A DNA stretch of 64,000 nucleotides from contig JAJNAZ010000016.1 of the NCBI GenBank assembly GCA_021155855.1, positions 2,249 through 66,248 of the forward strand. Direction: 5' to 3'. The position numbers and the translations under genes are program-made. Every line of letters starts with the position of its first letter. Position 1 is the first letter of the stretch. The notes beneath the pieces were generated by a model that had not been told where the DNA came from, did no database searches, and saw only the letters and a program-made list of their open reading frames with translations. Source of the stretch: Solirubrobacterales bacterium (lineage in GTDB: Bacteria > Actinomycetota > Thermoleophilia > Solirubrobacterales > 70-9). Of this stretch, positions 9,520 to 18,111 are shown one piece after another.

Positions 9520-10961
9520 GGTCGCGGGCGGTAGGCGGGCGGCTGGCCGCGAGCCCGACCATGGTCGGCGCGGTCACGGTGATGGTCATTATCCTCGCCG
9601 TCTTCCTCGCCTACAACGCGAACACCGGGCTGCCCTTCGTCCCCACCTACCGGCTCTCGGTGCTGGTGCCCAACGCGGAGTCGCTGGTCGAGGGCAACGA
9701 GGTGCGCATCGGCGGCGTGCGCGTCGGCCTGGTCGAGCAAATCGAGCCGGTCCAGCAGGAGGACGGCAGCGCTGTCGCCCAGCTCGACCTCAAGCTCGAC
9801 TCCGATGTCGACCCGCTGCCCGTCGACTCGACCCTGATCGTCCGCGCCCGCTCGGCGCTTGGCCTCAAGTACCTCGAGATCAACAAGGGCAGCTCCTCGG
9901 AGGGCTATGAGCAGGGCTCGGTGCTGCCGCTGAACAAGGCGACCCCCGAGCCGGTCGAAATCGACCAGGTGCTGAACACCTTCGACGAGCCGACCCGGGT
10001 CTCGATCCGCGAGAACCTGGTCGAGTTCGGCGACGCCCTGGCCGGCCGCGGCCCGGATCTCAACGCGGCGCTCGGCCGGCTGCCGGGGGTGCTCGAGCAC
10101 CTCGAGCCGGTGATGCGCAACATCGGTGCGCCCGCCACCGGCCTCGAGCGCTTCATCACCGCGAGCGCCGACGCGGCGGCCGAGGTGGCTCCGGTGGCCG
10201 AGATCCAGGGTCAGCTCTTCGTCTCCCTGGACACGACCTTCACCGCGCTCGCCGGTGTCGCTCCCTCGATCGAGGAGACGATCGTGGAGACGCCGCCGAC
10301 CTTCGACACGGCCACCCGCGCCCTGCCGGTGATCCGGCCGTTCCTCGACCACAGCGCGACGCTGTTCACCGAGTTCCAGCCCGGGGTCCGCGCGATCAGC
10401 CGCTACGCGCCGACGATCGCCGATTCGCTCGAGCTCGGCACGCCGGTTCTGCGCGACGCGCCGATCCTCAACCGTGAGCTGCCGCCGACCGCTGCGGCGC
10501 TGGCGCGGTTCAACGACAACGCGGCGGTGCGCGACGGCCTCGACCGCCTGATCCAGACCACCGACATCCTCGGCCCCGCGATCCGCTTCATCGCCCCCGC
10601 CCAGACCGTCTGCAACTACGGCACCCTGCTCGCCCGCAACGTCGCGAGCCTCTTCTCGCAGGGCGCCGACGGCGGCAAGTGGCAGCGGTTCACCGTCTTC
10701 GATCCTCCCGAGGGGCCGAACAACGAGGGCAGCCAGGCCGCGGCCCCGGCCAGCGGCGGCGGCGAGATCACCAACTTCCTGCACGCCAACCCGTATCCGA
10801 ACACCGCCTCGCCGGGCCAGAAGCCGATCGAGTGCGAGGCCGGCAACGAGCCCTACCTCACGGGCCGTCAGGTGATCGGCAACGTCCCCGGCGATCAGGG
10901 CACCTCCACCGATGCCCAGCGCGGCGCCGAGGCGCCCAGCGACGAGGAGGCGGCCGAGTGA
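9516..10961 (+). CDS. Mce/MlaD-domain protein 3 of 6
   Basis: TM anchor plus YRLSVLVPNAESLVEGNEVRIGGVRVGLVEQIE. ATGA overlap with the preceding gene. Confidence 0.85.
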   Translation: MRSRAVGGRLAASPTMVGAVTVMVIILAVFLAYNANTGLPFVPTYRLSVLVPNAESLVEGNEVRIGGVRVGLVEQIEPVQQEDGSAVAQLDLKLDSDVDPLPVDSTLIVRARSALGLKYLEINKGSSSEGYEQGSVLPLNKATPEPVEIDQVLNTFDEPTRVSIRENLVEFGDALAGRGPDLNAALGRLPGVLEHLEPVMRNIGAPATGLERFITASADAAAEVAPVAEIQGQLFVSLDTTFTALAGVAPSIEETIVETPPTFDTATRALPVIRPFLDHSATLFTEFQPGVRAISRYAPTIADSLELGTPVLRDAPILNRELPPTAAALARFNDNAAVRDGLDRLIQTTDILGPAIRFIAPAQTVCNYGTLLARNVASLFSQGADGGKWQRFTVFDPPEGPNNEGSQAAAPASGGGEITNFLHANPYPNTASPGQKPIECEAGNEPYLTGRQVIGNVPGDQGTSTDAQRGAEAPSDEEAAE

Positions 10962-12496
10962 GGAACCCGTTCCGCCGCCAGCCCGTGCGCGGGCACCCGA
11001 CCGTCGCCGAGCCCGACCCGAGGATCTGGGGCCGCCACCACACCGGTATCCGCCCCTGGGTCCTCGGGCTGGTGGTCGCGATCCTCGCCCTGATCGTTTC
11101 CTACCTCGCCTTCGTCAAGGAGCTCCCGTTCACCAGCCCCGGTTACGAGATCACGGCGACGTTCGACAACGCGGCGACCCTGCGCGAGACGGCCCCGGTG
11201 CGAATCGCCGGCGTCAATGTCGGCGAGGTCACCGGTGTCGAGCCCGAGGGCGACGCCGCCAAGGTCACCTTCACCGTCGACGAGGCCGGCCGTCCGATCC
11301 ACTCCGACGCGGAGATCGAGATCCGGCCGCGGCTCTTCCTCGAGGGCAACTTCTTCCTCGACGTCGACCCCGGCAGCCCGAGCTCGCCCGAGCTCGACAA
11401 CGGCGCCAACATCCCCGTCACCCAGACGGCGACCGCGGTCCAGCTCGACGAGGTGCTGACCGCGCTCCAGGCGCCGGATCGCCGCGGCCTGCAGAAGCTG
11501 CTCACCGGCTACGGGACGGCGCTCACCTACGAGCCCACCGCCGCGGACGACGTCGACCAGGACCCGATCGTCCACGGCGAGTCGGCGGCTGAGTCGCTCA
11601 ACGACGCCTTCCGTTACGGCGGTCAGGCCGGGCGGGGGACGGCGATCGTCAATACGGCCCTGCTCGGTGAGCGCCCCCACGACCTCTCCGGCTTCATCCG
11701 CAGCTTCGGGGAGGTCTTCGCCAAGCTCTCCAGCCGCGAGGACGAGCTCGCCGACCTGATCACCAACTTCAACGTGTTCGCGGGAGCCCTGGCGGCGGAG
11801 TCGCAGAACCTCGCCGACACGGTGAGCGAGCTGGCGCCGACGCTCGAGCAGGCCCGGCCCTCGCTCGCCCGGCTCAGCGAGGCGCTGCCGCCGCTGCGCG
11901 CCCTGGCGATCGAGCTGCGCCCTGGGGTCCAGGAGCTGTCGGCGACGATCGCCGCCGGCACCCCCTGGCTCGACCAGTCGCGAAAACTGCTGCGCTCGTC
12001 CGAGCTCGGCGGGCTCGCCCGGCTGCTGCGCGACACCGCTCCTGGCCTCGCCGAGACCGCCGCGGCGAGCAAGACGCTGTTCAACGAGCAGACCGCGGTC
12101 GCCAGGTGCACCTCGCGGGTGCTCGTGCCGACCGGGGACATCGTCGTCGACAGCCAGTTCCCGACCGGCCAGGCGAACTTCCACGACTTCTTCTACGGCG
12201 CGACCAGCTTCGCCGGTCACGTGCAGGGCTTCGACGGGAACGGCTCCTATCTCCGCTTCCAGGCGGGCGGCGGCCCCGTGTTGGTGCAGGGCGACAACCC
12301 GAGCGGCGCGGGGCTCGCGCAGCAGTTCTTCAACTTCGCCAACGTGATCGAGCAGCCGCTCGGGATCCAGCCGTTCGTCCCGGCCGAGCCCCCGCCCTTC
12401 AGGCAGGACTTCCCCTGCCATCGCAACCCGGTGCCCAACGTCAACGGCCCGGCCGGCGGCGTCGCGGCCTCCGATCTGACGGCGGTGGCACCGTGA
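10958..12496 (+). CDS. Mce/MlaD-domain protein 4 of 6
   Basis: In-frame GTG at 10958 (GTGA overlap). WVLGLVVAILALIVSYLAF..YEITATFDNAATLRETAPVRIAGVNVGEVTGVE. The 5' part of ORF 10679.. is a shadow of gene 3. Confidence 0.8.
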   Translation: MRNPFRRQPVRGHPTVAEPDPRIWGRHHTGIRPWVLGLVVAILALIVSYLAFVKELPFTSPGYEITATFDNAATLRETAPVRIAGVNVGEVTGVEPEGDAAKVTFTVDEAGRPIHSDAEIEIRPRLFLEGNFFLDVDPGSPSSPELDNGANIPVTQTATAVQLDEVLTALQAPDRRGLQKLLTGYGTALTYEPTAADDVDQDPIVHGESAAESLNDAFRYGGQAGRGTAIVNTALLGERPHDLSGFIRSFGEVFAKLSSREDELADLITNFNVFAGALAAESQNLADTVSELAPTLEQARPSLARLSEALPPLRALAIELRPGVQELSATIAAGTPWLDQSRKLLRSSELGGLARLLRDTAPGLAETAAASKTLFNEQTAVARCTSRVLVPTGDIVVDSQFPTGQANFHDFFYGATSFAGHVQGFDGNGSYLRFQAGGGPVLVQGDNPSGAGLAQQFFNFANVIEQPLGIQPFVPAEPPPFRQDFPCHRNPVPNVNGPAGGVAASDLTAVAP

Positions 12497-13860
12497 AGCG
12501 GGCGATCCGCGAGCACCTGCGCGATTTCATCGCCGTCGCCGTGCTGCTGGTGGTCGGCCTCGCGGTCACCGTTGCGATCCTCTCCCAGCAGCAGCAGCCG
12601 TATCCGTCCTGGATCCCGTTCCTCGGCGACGATCGCTTCGAGCTCAAGGCCGAGTTTGAGACCGCCCAGGCCGTCACCCCGGGCCAGGGCCAGACGGTCA
12701 ACATCGGCGGCGTCCAGGCCGGCGATATCACCGAGGTCGAGCTGGTAGACGGGCGCGCGGTGGTGACGATGCTGGTCGAGGAGCAGTACGCGCCGCTGAT
12801 CAACGACGACGCGACGATGCTGCTGCGACCCCGGACCGGCCTCCAGGACATCTCGATCGAGGTCGACGTCGGCGACTCCGGCAACCCGATCGGCGAAGGA
12901 GAGGTGATCCCGCTCTCCCAGACCGAGCCCAATGTGATGCCCGACCAGATCCTCGCCTCGCTCGACGGCGACACCCGCGCGTATCTGAAGCTCCTCGTGC
13001 AGGCGGGCTCCAAGGGCCTGGGCACCGAGGCCCAGGGCGAGGAGCTGTCGGCGGGGCTGCGCCGCTTCGAGCCGCTGGGCCGCTACCTGGCCGAGGTCGG
13101 CAACGCGCTCTCGGTGCGCCGCCGCAACATCGCCAGCGTGATCACCAGCTTCCGCGAGCTCGGCGACGAGCTCGCCGACACCGATGTGCGGCTCGCCGAG
13201 TGGGTGGAGTCCCAGAACGCGGCGATCGGCGGGTTCGCGGCCCAGGAGGCGGCGCTGCGCGAGACGCTGCAGGAGTTCCCCTCGGCGCTGCGGGAGACGC
13301 GCCGGGCGCTCGTCAGCGGCGATCGGCTCTCGGCCCAGCTCGGGCCGGCGTCGGAGGCGCTGATCCCCGCGGCGCGGGCGTTTGCGCCCGCGCAGCGCTC
13401 GGCTCAGGCCCTCTTCAACGCGACCACCGGGCCGATCCGCGCCCAGATCCGGCCGTTCACCCGCGAGGTGCAGCCCACGGTCAGGGTGCTGAAGGAGGCC
13501 TCGCAGCCGCTCGCCGGGACTACCCGTGGGCTCGGTCGCTCGCTCGGTGAGCTGAACCAGCTCTTCAACGGCCTCGCCTACAACCCTCCGGGGTCGCGGG
13601 AGGGCTACCTCTTCTGGATCGCCTGGCTCAACCACAACAACACCAGCCTGTTCACGACTCAGGACGCGCACGGCCCGCTGCTCCGCGGGGCCGTGATGCA
13701 GGCCTGCGGGACGGCCGTCAACGCGGAGAGCTTCGCCTCGGCGCGACCGTTCATCCGCACCCTGCAGCAGGTCACCAACGTCACCCCCTCGACCGAGATC
13801 TGCCCGCTCGACCCGACCGCCCCCCCGATTCCGCCGACCGTGCCCCCGATCCGCCCGTAG
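12493..13860 (+). CDS. Mce/MlaD-domain protein 5 of 6
   Basis: In-frame GTG at 12493 (GTGA overlap). FIAVAVLLVVGLAVTVAIL..FELKAEFETAQAVTPGQGQTVNIGGVQAGDITEVEL. Confidence 0.8.
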   Translation: MKRAIREHLRDFIAVAVLLVVGLAVTVAILSQQQQPYPSWIPFLGDDRFELKAEFETAQAVTPGQGQTVNIGGVQAGDITEVELVDGRAVVTMLVEEQYAPLINDDATMLLRPRTGLQDISIEVDVGDSGNPIGEGEVIPLSQTEPNVMPDQILASLDGDTRAYLKLLVQAGSKGLGTEAQGEELSAGLRRFEPLGRYLAEVGNALSVRRRNIASVITSFRELGDELADTDVRLAEWVESQNAAIGGFAAQEAALRETLQEFPSALRETRRALVSGDRLSAQLGPASEALIPAARAFAPAQRSAQALFNATTGPIRAQIRPFTREVQPTVRVLKEASQPLAGTTRGLGRSLGELNQLFNGLAYNPPGSREGYLFWIAWLNHNNTSLFTTQDAHGPLLRGAVMQACGTAVNAESFASARPFIRTLQQVTNVTPSTEICPLDPTAPPIPPTVPPIRP

Positions 13861-13863
13861 GAG

Positions 13864-15405
13864 ATGGAGACCAGACCACCGACAGTCGGCCGCATCCTGA
13901 TCGCAGTCGGGTTCGTGATCTCGTGCTTCGCGCTGGCGCTGTTCCTGTGGCTGGCGTTCGGGGGCGCGATCCCGCTGAAGCCGCAGGGCTACCGGGTGAC
14001 GATTCCCTTCAACGAGGCGACGGCGCTCGCCCAGGAGTCCGACGTGCGGATCTCCGGCGTCTCGGTGGGCAAGGTGAAGCGGATCGACCTCGCCGACTCC
14101 GGGTTCGCCGAGGCGACGGTCGAGATCGACTCGCGCTACGCCCCGATCCCCTCGGACACCGAGGCGATCCTGCGCCAGAAGACGCTGCTCGGCGAGACCT
14201 ACGTCGAGCTGACGCCGGGGAGTGACGAGGCGGAGTCGCTGCCCGAGGGCGGCGACCTGCCGCCGGCGCAGGTCTCCGAAGCGGTCCAGCTCGACGAGAT
14301 CTTCCGCACCTTCGACGAGCGCACCCGGGCCGGCTTCCGAGCGTGGATGCAGGGCCAGGCGGCGGCGCTTCGCAACCAGGGCGAGAACCTCTCGATCACG
14401 ATCGCGAGCCTCGACCCGTTCGCCAAGGAGGCCGACCGCGCCCTGCGCCTGCTCGATTCGCAGTCGAACGCGCTCAGCGGCTTTTTGCGCTCGAGCGGCG
14501 AGGTCTTCACCGCGCTTTCCGAGCGCCAGGGCCAGCTGCGCGGGCTGATCCAGAACTCGGCGGCGGTGTTCGACACCACCGCGCGGCGAAACGAGGACCT
14601 CGCCGCCGCCTTCGAGGTCTTCCCGACCTTCCTGCGCGAGTCGCGAATCACGCTCGACCGGCTCGAGCGGTTCGCCGTCGACACCGATCCGCTGGTGGCG
14701 CAGCTGCGGCCGAGCGTCCGCGAGTTGGCGCCCACGCTCGCCGATCTGGGCCGCCTCTCGACGCAGCTCGAGCCCTTCTTCGTCGGCCTGCGCGGGACGA
14801 TCGCCGCCGCGCCGCAGGGCTCGGCGGCGCTGCGCCGGCTGCTCGACGACGACCTGCCGCCGTTGCTGAAGCGCTTCGACCCGTTCCTCGCGCAGCTCAA
14901 CCCGATCCTGGAGGGTGTGCGGCTGTACCGGCACGAGATCACCGCCACCCTCGGCAACGTCGCCGCCACGACTCAGGGCAGCGTCGACTTCACCGGCGGG
15001 GGCGTCAAGCACCTGCGCACCGAGGCGCCGCTGACCCCGGAGGCGGTGACCACGTTCCCGAACCGGCTGCAGATCAACCGCACGAACCCGTACTTCAAGC
15101 CGAAGCAGTACATCGACGTGCGCACGGCGCTGAAGTCGTTCGAGACCCGCCACTGCACCAGCGGCGTCCAGGTGACGCTGCCCCCGCGCGAGACGACGAT
15201 CACCGACCCGGCGTTCCTCGAGCGGGTCGACGGTGACGCCGCCGACGCGGCCGACCTCTACGACCGGCTGAAGCTGTTCACCTTCGAGGACCAGCAGTCC
15301 ACGGCCGCCCTCGGCGCCCCGCCTTGCATCGAGCAGGGTCCGTTCCAGTCGATCGGGGCGCCGCGCGAGCGCAGCGACTTCCTACACACCTATCCGTTCC
15401 CGTGA
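13864..15405 (+). CDS. Mce/MlaD-domain protein 6 of 6
   Basis: ILIAVGFVISCFALALFLWLAF..YRVTIPFNEATALAQESDVRISGVSVGKVKRIDL. ATG lies 3 nt after the previous stop. Confidence 0.85.
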   Translation: METRPPTVGRILIAVGFVISCFALALFLWLAFGGAIPLKPQGYRVTIPFNEATALAQESDVRISGVSVGKVKRIDLADSGFAEATVEIDSRYAPIPSDTEAILRQKTLLGETYVELTPGSDEAESLPEGGDLPPAQVSEAVQLDEIFRTFDERTRAGFRAWMQGQAAALRNQGENLSITIASLDPFAKEADRALRLLDSQSNALSGFLRSSGEVFTALSERQGQLRGLIQNSAAVFDTTARRNEDLAAAFEVFPTFLRESRITLDRLERFAVDTDPLVAQLRPSVRELAPTLADLGRLSTQLEPFFVGLRGTIAAAPQGSAALRRLLDDDLPPLLKRFDPFLAQLNPILEGVRLYRHEITATLGNVAATTQGSVDFTGGGVKHLRTEAPLTPEAVTTFPNRLQINRTNPYFKPKQYIDVRTALKSFETRHCTSGVQVTLPPRETTITDPAFLERVDGDAADAADLYDRLKLFTFEDQQSTAALGAPPCIEQGPFQSIGAPRERSDFLHTYPFP

Positions 15406-15585
15406 TCAGATCCGTGAGCGCCGCCTCAGCTTTTCGTAAAGGGTGCAACTTTCGGCCGCCGCCGGGGTTGAACCTAGGCGCGCCGGGCCGTGAAGCGGCC
15501 CGATCTCGCGATCATTTGCTAACCCATCACCCAATCGAGCGGCACCCGAGGGAGGGCGCCGCCGATCAACCATTAGGAGGAGGAT

Positions 15586-16308
15586 GTGCGTAAGACACAC
15601 TTCGCGGTAACGCTCGGCGCCACGGTGGCGCTCGGCGTCTCCGCAATCGCCTACGCGGACGGCGTCTCGGAGAACGAGGCGCAGGTCGAGGGGAAGGTGA
15701 AGCCGACCAAGCTCGACAAGAAGAAGTACAAGCCGGTCAACCTGCTCACCGGCGTGCGCACCCCCGGGACCGTGACCGGCACGCAGCAGAACCCCGAGCA
15801 GGAGCACGTCTCCTGGGGCAAGAACGTGAAGATCAAGCCGAGCGCGGCGCCGACGTGTAGCGCCCCGATCGAGTTCCAGTCGACCGACGCGGCCCGTGCC
15901 GCCTGCCCCGGCAAGTCCTACCTGGGCTCGGGCAAGGCGAACATCGAGCTGCCCGGCGGAGTGATCTACGAGGGCCTGACCGTCTCGGTGTTCAACGGCC
16001 CCGGCAAGAACGAGGTCCGCCTGCACACCTACGATCCGCGCCTCGCGGGCGCGACGCCGACCGTTGCCGGCAAGATCGTCAAGTCGAAGGCGGGTCGCAA
16101 GTACGGCCAGGCGCTGCAGGTCGACGACGCCCCCGACGTCGCGGGCGACACCGGCAAGATCACGGCGTTCAACGCCAAGCTGTCCAAGAAGAGCAAGGTT
16201 GCGACGGCTCGCTGCAAGTCGAAGAAGTTCCTCTGGAACCGTGAGGTCACCTACGACGACGGGACCAAGGAGGACGTCACGCTCGAGCAGAAGTGCAAGC
16301 GCAAGTAG
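15586..16308 (+). CDS. Secreted protein of unknown function, paralog A (4 conserved Cys, Lys-rich)
   Basis: GTG start preceded by AGGAGGAGGA. Signal peptide MRKTHFAVTLGATVALGVSAIAYA|DG. No family recognised. Followed by a strong intrinsic terminator. Confidence 0.75.
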   Translation: MRKTHFAVTLGATVALGVSAIAYADGVSENEAQVEGKVKPTKLDKKKYKPVNLLTGVRTPGTVTGTQQNPEQEHVSWGKNVKIKPSAAPTCSAPIEFQSTDAARAACPGKSYLGSGKANIELPGGVIYEGLTVSVFNGPGKNEVRLHTYDPRLAGATPTVAGKIVKSKAGRKYGQALQVDDAPDVAGDTGKITAFNAKLSKKSKVATARCKSKKFLWNREVTYDDGTKEDVTLEQKCKRK

Positions 16309-16353
16309 CGGAGGTAACCCGCCTTCACGTGCGGGTCGGCTGACAGCCGATAT

Positions 16354-16385
16354 GGGGGGCGGCCCTGCGGGGCCGCCCCCCTTTT
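16354..16385 (+). terminator. Rho-independent terminator after paralog A
   Basis: GGGGGGCGGCCC-tgcg-GGGCCGCCCCCC is a 12-bp perfect GC stem followed by TTTT. Confidence 0.75.
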
Positions 16386-17142
16386 GTTATATGGGGGCGG
16401 CCCCGTTCGCAATCACGCTCGGATGGTCGGCGCGCTCGCAATCAGCGTCGCGCTCGGCGCCTCGGCGCTCGCCTTCGCCGACGGCGCCGGCGACAACGAG
16501 GCCTTCGTCGAGGGCTCGGTGAAGCCGAAGAAGCTCGACCGCAAGAAGTACAAGCCGATCGCGCTGTTCACCGAGGTGCGCACTCAGGGCGCGGTGACCG
16601 GCGCGCAGCAGAACCCCGAGAGCGAGCTGATCGAGTACGACAAGGACGGCAGGTGGAAGACGAACCGCGCGCCGATCTGCGGCGCGCCGATCGAGTTCCA
16701 ATCGACCGAGGCGGCGAAGGGGCTCTGTCCGCCCGGCTCGGCGATCGGCTCGGGTGAGGCGGACATCCTGCTGGCCGGGGGTCTCGTCTACGAGGGCCTG
16801 ACGGTGACCGCTTTCAACGGCCCCGGCAAGAACGAGATCCGCCTCCACACCTACGATCCGCGGCTCGCCGGCGCGACGCCGACGGTGTTCGGCAGGATCA
16901 TCAAGCTGCGCGACGGCGGCAAGTACGGACTCGCGCTGTCGGTCGAGGACGCTCCCGACGTCGCCGGCGACACCGGGATGATCACGCGCTTCGGCGCGAC
17001 GATCAAGAGGTCGGCCGGGGTCGCGCTGGCCCGCTGCAAGGACAAGAAGTTCCACACCCGCCGCACCGTCACCTACGACGACGGCAGTCAGGACGTGGCC
17101 ACCGATACGCAGAAGTGCAAGCAGAAGAAGGGCGGCAAGTAG
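16384..17142 (+). CDS. Secreted protein of unknown function, paralog B
   Basis: Aligns along its whole length with paralog A (for example NGPGKNE[VI]RLHTYDPRLAGATPTV and DAPDVAGDTG identical). Signal peptide ..MVGALAISVALGASALAFA|DG. The start is ambiguous (TTG 16384 or ATG 16423). Confidence 0.75.
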   Translation: MLYGGGPVRNHARMVGALAISVALGASALAFADGAGDNEAFVEGSVKPKKLDRKKYKPIALFTEVRTQGAVTGAQQNPESELIEYDKDGRWKTNRAPICGAPIEFQSTEAAKGLCPPGSAIGSGEADILLAGGLVYEGLTVTAFNGPGKNEIRLHTYDPRLAGATPTVFGRIIKLRDGGKYGLALSVEDAPDVAGDTGMITRFGATIKRSAGVALARCKDKKFHTRRTVTYDDGSQDVATDTQKCKQKKGGK

Positions 17143-17182
17143 CGCCCCTCCGGATTCGGGGATTCGCTCTCACGAGCAGGGA

Positions 17183-17210
17183 AAGGGCGGCCTTCGGGCC
17201 GCCCTTTTCT
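17183..17210 (+). terminator. Rho-independent terminator after paralog B
   Basis: aaaGGGCGGCC-ttcg-GGCCGCCCttttct. The A-tract/T-tract flanks suggest it may work in both directions. Confidence 0.75.
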
Positions 17211-17226
17211 GTAGGTTGGCGCCACC

Positions 17227-17586
17227 GTGCACAGGTGGGGAGCGCTTTTCGTCCCGGTCGCGATCGCGGCACTGATGCTCGCCGGCTGTGGCGAGGACGA
17301 GACCAGCTACAGCGACGACCGGATCGTCGAGCGGCTCAACCTCGAGCGGACGGACACCGGATACGCGATCGACGGCGACCCCTTCTGCGAGGTCGACAAG
17401 AAGCTGCTCAACGACGCGGGCGAGGTCGGCGACGCCGAGGACCGGGACGACCTCGGCCTGGTGATCTCCAGCCGCGAAGGAAACGCCGGGGTCCTGGGCG
17501 TGCCCCCGTTCGCGCCCGACTGCGGCGAGCAGGTGAAGCGGCAGCTCAACAAGCTCGACCCGGTGCCGAAGGAGGACGAGAGCTAG
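17227..17586 (+). CDS. Small acidic lipoprotein, unknown function
   Basis: Lipobox IAALMLAG|C after a short hydrophobic N-terminus. The 119-aa mature part contains 2 further Cys. GTG start. Confidence 0.6.
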   Translation: MHRWGALFVPVAIAALMLAGCGEDETSYSDDRIVERLNLERTDTGYAIDGDPFCEVDKKLLNDAGEVGDAEDRDDLGLVISSREGNAGVLGVPPFAPDCGEQVKRQLNKLDPVPKEDES

Positions 17587-17747
17587 CCGCGGGGCCGCGC
17601 CCGGGTCCGCCCCACGGCCGCGCCGCCGCCCCCGCCCCCGCGCCGCCCGCTGCTCGGTGAAGCCTTTGGGGCCCTAAGGTCCCCGAATCGTTCAGCGAGC
17701 CCGCGGTCTGCCGCGTCAGCGAGGCGGCCGCCGGCGAGCGTAAGCTT

Positions 17748-18020
17748 GTGGCTGCGATGGCGACCAAGCGCGATCCCCGGCTCGTTTCGCTCGGCTACGG
17801 GCGTTTCGTCCGCGCCGACAGGATCTACGCGCTGGTCCCGCTCGACGCCGCCGAGCGCGGCGACGGCCGCCGCACCTACGTCCACGTCGACGGCCTCTCC
17901 GAGCCGATCGTCGCCTCGCGCTCGGAGCGCGCGATCCTCGCCGACGTCGAGGCGGCCCTGACCGAGGCCGCCGGCATCCCGCGCCGCCGCCGCGCCAAGG
18001 GCCAGGAAACGCTGCTCTAG
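17748..18020 (+). CDS. RemA/DUF370 family regulatory protein
   Basis: LVSLGYGRFVRADRIYALVPLDAAE..GRRTYVHVDGLSEPIVASRSERAILADV parallels Bacillus RemA (INIGFGN.V.A.RIIAIV...SAV). The start may instead be ATG 17757. Confidence 0.7.
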   Translation: MAAMATKRDPRLVSLGYGRFVRADRIYALVPLDAAERGDGRRTYVHVDGLSEPIVASRSERAILADVEAALTEAAGIPRRRRAKGQETLL

Positions 18021-18092
18021 CCGCGGGCCCCCTGCCAGAGCGCATCGCCCGCAGGGAGTCTGAGGCCACGGCGGTCCGGTCGCCCGGGGAAA

Positions 18093-18111
18093 TGTTTCGC
18101 ATAGCGAAACA
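18093..18111. repeat. Perfect palindrome TGTTTCGC-ATA-GCGAAACA, 51 nt upstream of the metG start (element copy A)
   Basis: Read directly. The core is related to the elements at 44808-44850, 45682-45725 and 59890-59908. Confidence 0.8.

Noticed and set aside
12247-15153. Very long antisense or alternate-frame ORFs throughout the window. Examples: 12247..15153 - (968 aa), 31049..34219 - (1056 aa), 40097..42562 - (821 aa), 9105..10784 -, 45579..47324 -, 47560..49374 -, 56845..58830 -, 7717..9066 -, 1458..2924 +, 37249..39255 +.
   Set aside because: Their translations are Arg/Gly/Pro/Ala/Asp-dominated low-complexity strings with no recognisable motifs. Each lies opposite to, or out of frame with, a gene that has clear family signatures. 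This is the expected stop-codon-poor shadow-frame effect in very GC-rich DNA.
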